16,856 nt of DNA. Source: Candidatus Methylomirabilia bacterium. Its GTDB lineage: Bacteria; Methylomirabilota; Methylomirabilia; Rokubacteriales; CSP1-6. The notes below the pieces were generated by a model, which was given only the letters and a program-made list of their open reading frames with translations, was not told the DNA's origin and ran no database searches. This document shows, piece after piece, positions 6,926 to 16,856 of this stretch. Each line of letters starts with the position of its first letter. The stretch's first letter is position 1. The stretch spans positions 1-16,856 of the forward strand of contig JBGQHJ010000110.1 of assembly GCA_041497895.1 (NCBI GenBank), in the 5' to 3' direction. Both the position numbers and the translations under genes were made by a program.

Positions 6926-7714
6926 TCAGCGCCCCCTGAAGGCCGGGCGGCGCTTCTCGCGCCAGGCGGCGTGGCCCTCCGCCTTGTCCTCGGTGAGCTC
7001 GAGGGTGGCGAACCGGTAGAGATCGACCAGCGCGGCGTCCGCAAGGTTGGCGGAGTCGAGGCCGCGGAGCAGCGACTCCTTGCCGAGGCGCGCGGCCAGC
7101 GGCGGTAGCGCGGCCAGGTGGGTGGCCACCTCGAGCGCCTGGTCCATGACGTGCTCGTGAGGCACCAGCCACTGGGCGAGCCCGATCCGGTACGCCTCCG
7201 CGGCGCCGAGCGGGAAGCCGAGGGTCAGTCGCATGGCGTGGCCCTGCCCGACCCAGCGGGCCAGGCGGGGCGCGCCGCCGTAGGCGGGCAGGATCCCGAG
7301 CCCCACCTGCGGCAGCCGCCACTCCGCGCGCTCCGAGGCCACCAGCAGATCGCAGCAGAAGGTCACGATGCAGCCGATGCCGACCGCGTACCCGTTGACC
7401 GCGCCGACCAGCGGCTTCGGGAAGGCCCCCATCACCTCGAAGGCGCGCTCGCGCCGCTTGGCGATGCTCTTGATGAAGGCGGCGGCCGACGCGGAGGTGT
7501 GGGTCTTCGGATCCTTCAGGTTCGCGCCGGCCGAGAAGGCGCCGCCCGCCTCGTCGCCGGTCAGGATCGCGCAGCGGATCTCGTCGTCGTCTTCCATCTC
7601 CGCGAAGTGCCGCGCGAGGCCCTCGTTGAAATCGGGGCCCCACGCGTTGCGCGCCGCCGGCCGGCTCAGGGTGACGATGCCGATGGGACCGCGCTTGTCG
7701 TAGTGGACGGGCAT
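6926..7714 (-). CDS. Enoyl-CoA hydratase/isomerase (crotonase) superfamily protein
   Basis: 'LSRPAARNA', 'AFSAGANL', 'PKPLVGAVNGYAVGIG', 'EKRRPAFRGR'; AAGGAG RBS before ATG 7714. Confidence 0.92.
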   Translation of the reverse strand: MPVHYDKRGPIGIVTLSRPAARNAWGPDFNEGLARHFAEMEDDDEIRCAILTGDEAGGAFSAGANLKDPKTHTSASAAAFIKSIAKRRERAFEVMGAFPKPLVGAVNGYAVGIGCIVTFCCDLLVASERAEWRLPQVGLGILPAYGGAPRLARWVGQGHAMRLTLGFPLGAAEAYRIGLAQWLVPHEHVMDQALEVATHLAALPPLAARLGKESLLRGLDSANLADAALVDLYRFATLELTEDKAEGHAAWREKRRPAFRGR

Positions 7715-7730
7715 GGTCGGCTCCTTGGGA

Positions 7731-8555
7731 TCAGCGGCGAGGCAGCGGCCAGCCGAGCCAGTCACACACCGCGCGACCCATGACCAGCTCCAGGTCGCGC
7801 CCGCCGAGCCACGGCAGCTCCTCGGTGAACAGGCTCACGCACTGCCGCCACGGGCACGGCATGCGGGTGATGTCGGTGCCCCAGAACATCCGCTCGGGCC
7901 CGAAGGCGTCGTGGATGCGGCGCAGGTGGTCGTGGATGTTCCGGTAGGGATAGGGCGCGCTCGAGTAGCTCGGCGCCCCGGTGGCCTTGATCGCGACGTT
8001 GGGATGCGTGGCGAGCGCCAGCATCTCGGGCAGGTTGGCCCACGCCGCGTCGGCCTTGGTGCCGGAGGGTCGGCCGAGGTGGTCGACGATGAGCTTGAGG
8101 CGCGGGTACCGCTCGGCGATCCGGCCCACCGTCGGCAGATAGGTCGCGGCGAGGAGGGCGATCGGCAGGCCCGCGCGCTCGGCCGCGGGCCAGAGCCAAT
8201 CCATGGTGCCGTCGGTCGGCCACGTGCGCTGATGCGGCTGCAGCAGGGCGAAGCGCAGGCCGAGCATCCCCGGCCGCTTCGTCCAGCCGTCGACCAGGCC
8301 ACGGCTGGCGGGGGCGTCGAGCGGGAAATTGCCGAGGATCGCGAGCCGGTCCGGGTGGCGGCGGGCCGCCTCCTCCGCCAGCTCGTTCGAGTCCGGGTCC
8401 CACGACGCGGGCGGGTGGATGACCGCGGCGTGGACACCCGCCTCGTCCATCTCGGCCAGCAGATCGTCCGCGGAGTAGGTCTCGACCTGGCGGTGGTTCG
8501 CGTTCGTGGGCTTGTGCTTGGCCCAGATGTGGACCTGCGCGTCGACGATCAGCAT
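7731..8555 (-). CDS. Amidohydrolase family protein (Amidohydro_2; LigI/lactonase-like)
   Basis: 'IVDAQVHIW', 'GLRF', 'IVDHLG', 'NVAIKAT', 'FGPERMFWGTD'. Confidence 0.9.
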   Translation of the reverse strand: MLIVDAQVHIWAKHKPTNANHRQVETYSADDLLAEMDEAGVHAAVIHPPASWDPDSNELAEEAARRHPDRLAILGNFPLDAPASRGLVDGWTKRPGMLGLRFALLQPHQRTWPTDGTMDWLWPAAERAGLPIALLAATYLPTVGRIAERYPRLKLIVDHLGRPSGTKADAAWANLPEMLALATHPNVAIKATGAPSYSSAPYPYRNIHDHLRRIHDAFGPERMFWGTDITRMPCPWRQCVSLFTEELPWLGGRDLELVMGRAVCDWLGWPLPRR

Positions 8556-8574
8556 GGGTGCGCCCCGGCGGCGG

Positions 8575-9762
8575 TCAGATGATGCCGCGCTTGGCGAGAT
8601 CCGCGATCTGGTCCCGCTCGTAGCCCAGCGAGCCGAGGATGGCCTCGTTGTCCTGCCCCAGCTCGGGCGCGGCGCCGCGGATGGGATTGCGCCGGGGCCC
8701 GTGCGAGACCGGGTGGCCGAGGATCGTGAGGTCGCCGAGCGCGGGCGAATGCACCGGCTGCGCCATCTCGAGGTGCTTCACCTGGGGATCGGCGAAGGCC
8801 TCGTCGATCCGGTAGATGGGCCCGCACGGCACACCCGCCTCGTTCAGGATGCGGACCCAGCTCGCGCTGTCCTTCTGCCGGGTGACCGGCATCAGGACCT
8901 CCATCAGCACGTCACGGTTGGTGGAGCGGGCCTTCGAGGTGGCGAACCGCGGGTCGGTCCGCAGGTCGGGGCGCTCGATGGCGCGGCAGAACCGCTCGTA
9001 GAGCTCGTCGCCGGACGCCGCGATGTTGATGTGGCCGTCGCTGGTCTCGAAGACGCCGGTGGGAATGCCGGTGGGATGGTTGTTGCCGGCCTGGGGCGGG
9101 ATCTCGCCGCTCATGAGCCAGCGCGAGGCCTGGAAGTCGAGCATGGAGAGCATCGCCTCGAGCAGCGAGGTGTGCACCCACTTCCCCTGCCCGGTGCTCT
9201 CGCGCTCGATCAGGGCCACCAGGATGCCCTGCGCCAGCAGGATGCCCGAGCAGAGATCCGCGATCGGGATGCCGACCCGCACCGGTCCCTGCCCCGGGAT
9301 GCCGGTGATCGACATGAGGCCGCCCATGCCCTGCGCGATCTGGTCCACGCCGGGCCGGTCGCGATAGGGTCCGCTCTGGCCGAAGCCCGAGATGCTGCCG
9401 TAGATGAGGCGCGGGTTCAGCGGGCGCAGGCTCTCGTAGTCGATGCCGAGCCGCCGCTTGACGTCGGGGCGGTAGTTCTCGACCACGATGTCCGCGTCCT
9501 GCGCCAGCCGCTTGAAGATGACCACGCCCTCGGGCTCGCGCAGGTTCAGCGTGAGGGCCTCCTTGCCGCGGTGCAGGTTCTGGAAGTCGAACCCGTGGCG
9601 GTTGCCGCCCATGCCGTCGCCCGAGCGCCCACCCGGCATCTCGATCTTGATCGCGCGGGCGCCCCAGTCCACCAGCTGCCGGACGCAGGTCGGGCCCGCC
9701 CGCGCCCGGGTCAGATCGAGCACGGTGAAGCGCGCCAGGGGCAGCGCGCGGTTGCCGCTCAT
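8575..9762 (-). CDS. Class III CoA-transferase (CaiB/BaiF/Frc family)
   Basis: 'VLDLTRARAGP', 'GARAIKIE', 'ADIVVENYRP', 'SISGFGQSGPY', catalytic-Asp region 'PIADLCSG'. ATG 9762 overlaps the upstream TGA (ATGA). Confidence 0.93.
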   Translation of the reverse strand: MSGNRALPLARFTVLDLTRARAGPTCVRQLVDWGARAIKIEMPGGRSGDGMGGNRHGFDFQNLHRGKEALTLNLREPEGVVIFKRLAQDADIVVENYRPDVKRRLGIDYESLRPLNPRLIYGSISGFGQSGPYRDRPGVDQIAQGMGGLMSITGIPGQGPVRVGIPIADLCSGILLAQGILVALIERESTGQGKWVHTSLLEAMLSMLDFQASRWLMSGEIPPQAGNNHPTGIPTGVFETSDGHINIAASGDELYERFCRAIERPDLRTDPRFATSKARSTNRDVLMEVLMPVTRQKDSASWVRILNEAGVPCGPIYRIDEAFADPQVKHLEMAQPVHSPALGDLTILGHPVSHGPRRNPIRGAAPELGQDNEAILGSLGYERDQIADLAKRGII

Positions 9763-10694
9763 GCCGGCCAGTAGACGAACCCGCAGCCGGTCTGGGTGCA
9801 GTGGGCCGCGGTGTACTCCACGAACTTGGCCGGCCGGTTCATCGCCGCGGCCACGCTGATCCACGCGCGCACCTCGCCGGTGCCCGAGCGCATCGCGTCG
9901 GAGTCGAAGGTGAACAGGTGCTCGAGCGCTTCGAGGTCGTTGCGCTCCAGGCGCTCGAGGATCCAGCGGTCGAGCGGCTGGTCGATCCAGCCCGCGTTGA
10001 ACATGCCCGGGAAGTGAGACAGGCCGCCCGAGGCGTAGATCGCGATGCGCTCCGGCCCGTCGCGCAGCACGTCGGCGATCGCCTCGCCGAGGCGCGCGCA
10101 GCGGGCCGCGCTGGGCAGGGGCGGGAAGTACTCGTTGAGGAAGACGCAGACCAGCGGGATGCGGAGCTCCGGGTCGACCTCGGGCACCAGGTTCGACACC
10201 ATGTGCGAGACGCCGCGGGCCGGGTTGCCGCGCGGATCGAACTTCCCCACGTTGGCGACGTCGAAGCCGCGCTTGATCAGGCCCTTCAGGAGGTAGCGGG
10301 CCATCTCCGCGTGCTGGGGGAAGACCAGCTTGGTCCGCTCCTGCGGCGGCGTCGTCATGGGGTCGCGCGCGCTCCGGCCCCAGATGGGCTCCTCCCCGGT
10401 ATAGATCGAGAAGGTCGGGTTGTTGGCGTCGTCGAACATGTCGCCCTGGTCGTCGCCGATCATGAGCAGCACGTCCGGCCGGTAGGCCTTCACCTGCTCG
10501 CGCAGCACCGCGAAGGCGGCCTCGATCTTCTGGATGTGGCCCTCGATGATGCTGGGCGTCGCGATCTCCAGCCGGGCGCTCTGCGGGAGGTGCTCCCGGG
10601 CCACCTTGGGGATCCGGTCCACGACCTTGGGCCAGTACTGCGCCTTCTGGAACATCATGGGGGCGTGCGACGAGGCCAATCCCAGTCCGAGCAT
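9759..10694 (-). CDS. Class III extradiol ring-cleavage dioxygenase (LigB superfamily)
   Basis: 'ASSHAP', 'PDVLLMIGDDQ', 'ASGGLSH', 'GEVRAW', C-terminal 'GCGFVYW'; GGGAGG RBS. Confidence 0.85.
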   Translation of the reverse strand: MLGLGLASSHAPMMFQKAQYWPKVVDRIPKVAREHLPQSARLEIATPSIIEGHIQKIEAAFAVLREQVKAYRPDVLLMIGDDQGDMFDDANNPTFSIYTGEEPIWGRSARDPMTTPPQERTKLVFPQHAEMARYLLKGLIKRGFDVANVGKFDPRGNPARGVSHMVSNLVPEVDPELRIPLVCVFLNEYFPPLPSAARCARLGEAIADVLRDGPERIAIYASGGLSHFPGMFNAGWIDQPLDRWILERLERNDLEALEHLFTFDSDAMRSGTGEVRAWISVAAAMNRPAKFVEYTAAHCTQTGCGFVYWPA

Positions 10695-10715
10695 GGCGGT
10701 GTCCTCCCGCCTGGA

Positions 10716-14796
<4,081 letters not shown>

Positions 14797-14806
14797 GGCC
14801 CGGGAA

Positions 14807-16075
14807 CTAGCTCGAGGCGGAGACGGTGGCGGCGCGCCAGATGCGACGCGCGCCCTTGTCGATGTTGAGCGCGACCACCGCGGCGACCGCCAGGAGGCCG
14901 CAGGCTAGTACGTACGCCGGGCCGTAGCCGCCGGTCATCTCGAACATGGCCCCGGCCAGCCACGAGCCGAGCGCCGCTCCGGTCTGGTGCACCAGGAAGA
15001 TCAGCCCGAAGACCGAGCTGACCGAGAAGCGGCCGTAGATGTCGGCGGTCAGCGCCGAGGTCATCGAGCCGGTGCCGGCCAGGGTGATCCCGCCCAGGGC
15101 CGCGATCACCATGAGGGCGCCCGGGTTGTCGCGGATGAGGAAGAGCCCGGTGAAGATGAAGATGCGGCCCGCGTAGATCCCGGCCAGCACCGGCCGGCGC
15201 CCGAACCGATCGGACAGCGCGCCCAGCATGACCGTGAACGCGATGCTCGAGCCCCCGAGCACGCCCAGGGCCCACGAGGCGACCATCGGGGTGTAGCCGT
15301 GATCGGTGAGCATCGGGATGCCGTGCGCGGAGAGCAGGGTCATCGAGAAGCCGCAGGTGAAGAAGGAGCCCGCGAGCTGCCAGAAGGCGAGCGTCCTGAG
15401 CGCCTCGCCCGTGGTCACCCGCTCGACGGAGGCGGCCGCGGTGCCGGCCACCGGCGCGGCGCCGTCCGCGTGGAGGCCGATCGACTCGGGGGAGTCGCGC
15501 ATCACCCAGAGACAGAGCGGCAGCGAGATCGCCAGGATCAGCCCCGCGATCACCACGTACGTGGTACGCCAGCCGGTGGTGACGACGAGCCACGTCACCG
15601 CCGGGACGAGCAGGCTCATCCCGGTCATCGACGCGCTGCCGAGCACCGAGAGCGCGGTGCCCCGCCGCCGGCTGAACCAGCGCGCGACGACTCCGGAGGC
15701 GATCACCGGGCCGGTCCCGGCAAGCCCGAGCGGCACCAGCACGCCGTAGACCGCGGTGAACTCCCAGACGTTGCGCACCATCGCGGTCAGGATCAGCGAG
15801 GCCACCAGGAGCAGCGTGCCGGCCGAGGTGACCACCCGCACGCTGAAGCGGTCCAGCGCCATGCCGGCCAGCGGCATGAACACCCCGTAGAGGAACAGGC
15901 TCAGCGCGATCACCGCCGAGAAGCTGGCCCGGTCGAGGCCCAGGTCGGCCACGATCGGCTTGAGGAACGGACCGACCGCGTGGCGTACCCCGGTCGACAT
16001 GAAGGTGGTCACCGAGAAGGCTCCCACCACCCACCAGCCGTAGAAGACCCTCTGGTCCCGCATGCGGTCGCGCAT
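14807..16075 (-). CDS. MFS transporter
   Basis: Multiple hydrophobic segments; 'FYGWWVV', 'WFSRRRGTA', motif A-like 'GALSDRFGRR'. Alternative start at 16063. Confidence 0.93.
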   Translation of the reverse strand: MRDRMRDQRVFYGWWVVGAFSVTTFMSTGVRHAVGPFLKPIVADLGLDRASFSAVIALSLFLYGVFMPLAGMALDRFSVRVVTSAGTLLLVASLILTAMVRNVWEFTAVYGVLVPLGLAGTGPVIASGVVARWFSRRRGTALSVLGSASMTGMSLLVPAVTWLVVTTGWRTTYVVIAGLILAISLPLCLWVMRDSPESIGLHADGAAPVAGTAAASVERVTTGEALRTLAFWQLAGSFFTCGFSMTLLSAHGIPMLTDHGYTPMVASWALGVLGGSSIAFTVMLGALSDRFGRRPVLAGIYAGRIFIFTGLFLIRDNPGALMVIAALGGITLAGTGSMTSALTADIYGRFSVSSVFGLIFLVHQTGAALGSWLAGAMFEMTGGYGPAYVLACGLLAVAAVVALNIDKGARRIWRAATVSASS

Positions 16076-16103
16076 GTCTTTCGACTATATCCTATCGGCC
16101 GGC

Positions 16104-16856
16104 CTAGAAGCTCGGCTTGGTCGAGAACGGCGTCAGCTGGAGCTCGTGCGTCCAGCAGGACCGGTCCTGGGTGTGGAGGTAGTAGAACGCCTCCGCGATC
16201 TTCACCGGGTTCATCACGATCTCCGGCTGCTTCTGGGCCCTCGGCAGCGCGCGGGTCCCCGGCGAGTCGATGAGACCGTCGATCACGACGTTGGCCACGT
16301 GCACCCCGTGCTCGGAGTACTCCTCGGTGAGCACCTGCGCCAGCGTGCGCATCATCACGCGCGGATAATAGAGCGATTGCCCGGTGAGCCGCTTGCGTCC
16401 GCGCAGGGACGACGAGTTGTTGGAGATGAGGAACGAGCCGGCTCCCCGCTTGCGCATGGCGGGCAGGACCTCCTTGGCGACCAGGAACGGTCCGCGGCTC
16501 GCGATGTGCTGCGCGGTTTCGAGGATCTCGACCGGAATATGCTCCAGCAGCTCCTTGTCGGGCGGGAGGTCACGCCCCTCGAGGTAGCCCGCGTTGTAAA
16601 CCAGGACCTCCGGGTCGCCGACCTGCTCTCGAATCGTGGCGAACGCCTTCGAGATCGACGCCTCCGACACCAGGTCCAGCTCGACGATCAGGCTTTCGCC
16701 GCCCTGCCCGCGGATGGCCTGCTGGAGCGCCTCCGCGTTGGCGGCATGCCGGGTGGTCAGCACGACCGCGAAGCCCTCCCGGGCGAACTTCTGGGCGATG
16801 GCGCCGCCCACGCCCCAGCGAATGCCGACGGGCAGATCACGGTCGTCGAGCGCACG
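16104..16856 (-). CDS. SDR family oxidoreductase, atypical, 5'-truncated by the window edge
   Basis: The frame is open to the edge (RALDDRDLPVGIRWGVGGAIA...); 'LVYNAG', 'GVHVANVVIDGLID', 'WTHEL'. Confidence 0.85.
   Translation of the reverse strand, partial: RALDDRDLPVGIRWGVGGAIAQKFAREGFAVVLTTRHAANAEALQQAIRGQGGESLIVELDLVSEASISKAFATIREQVGDPEVLVYNAGYLEGRDLPPDKELLEHIPVEILETAQHIASRGPFLVAKEVLPAMRKRGAGSFLISNNSSSLRGRKRLTGQSLYYPRVMMRTLAQVLTEEYSEHGVHVANVVIDGLIDSPGTRALPRAQKQPEIVMNPVKIAEAFYYLHTQDRSCWTHELQLTPFSTKPSF

Noticed and set aside
16052..16075. 12-nt near-duplication at the MFS start (MRDR-MRDQ)
   Set aside because: Too short to interpret; it only makes the start codon ambiguous.

Overview
A very GC-rich (roughly 70% by eye), gene-dense bacterial window made almost entirely of catabolic and redox enzyme genes in short, tightly packed operons. 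No rRNA, tRNA, CRISPR array or transposase was recognised. From left to right: (-) Rieske oxygenase > TetR > start of a membrane protein. These diverge, across an AT-rich promoter/operator, from (+) ACMSD-like amidohydrolase > PhzF-like isomerase. Next come (-) beta-hydroxyacid dehydrogenase > LLM oxidoreductase > CMD-family protein, and a (+) Methyltransf_16-like methyltransferase whose 3' end runs through a REP-like hairpin. Then (-) LigB-type dioxygenase > class III CoA-transferase > amidohydrolase > crotonase lacking both catalytic Glu > 99-aa five-residue-repeat protein; (+) Ldh_2 dehydrogenase > LarA-family racemase > type I Baeyer-Villiger monooxygenase; and (-) truncated atypical SDR > MFS transporter. 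The most notable observations are: a palindromic operator that exactly fills a sigma70 17-bp spacer; the Ldh_2-LarA-BVMO cluster; the LigB/CoA operon with non-canonical active sites; a repeat element translated as a protein tail; and a recurring -10 hexamer exactly 8 nt before three start codons, which suggests leaderless transcription. Family calls come from motif recognition only; substrates are unknown.
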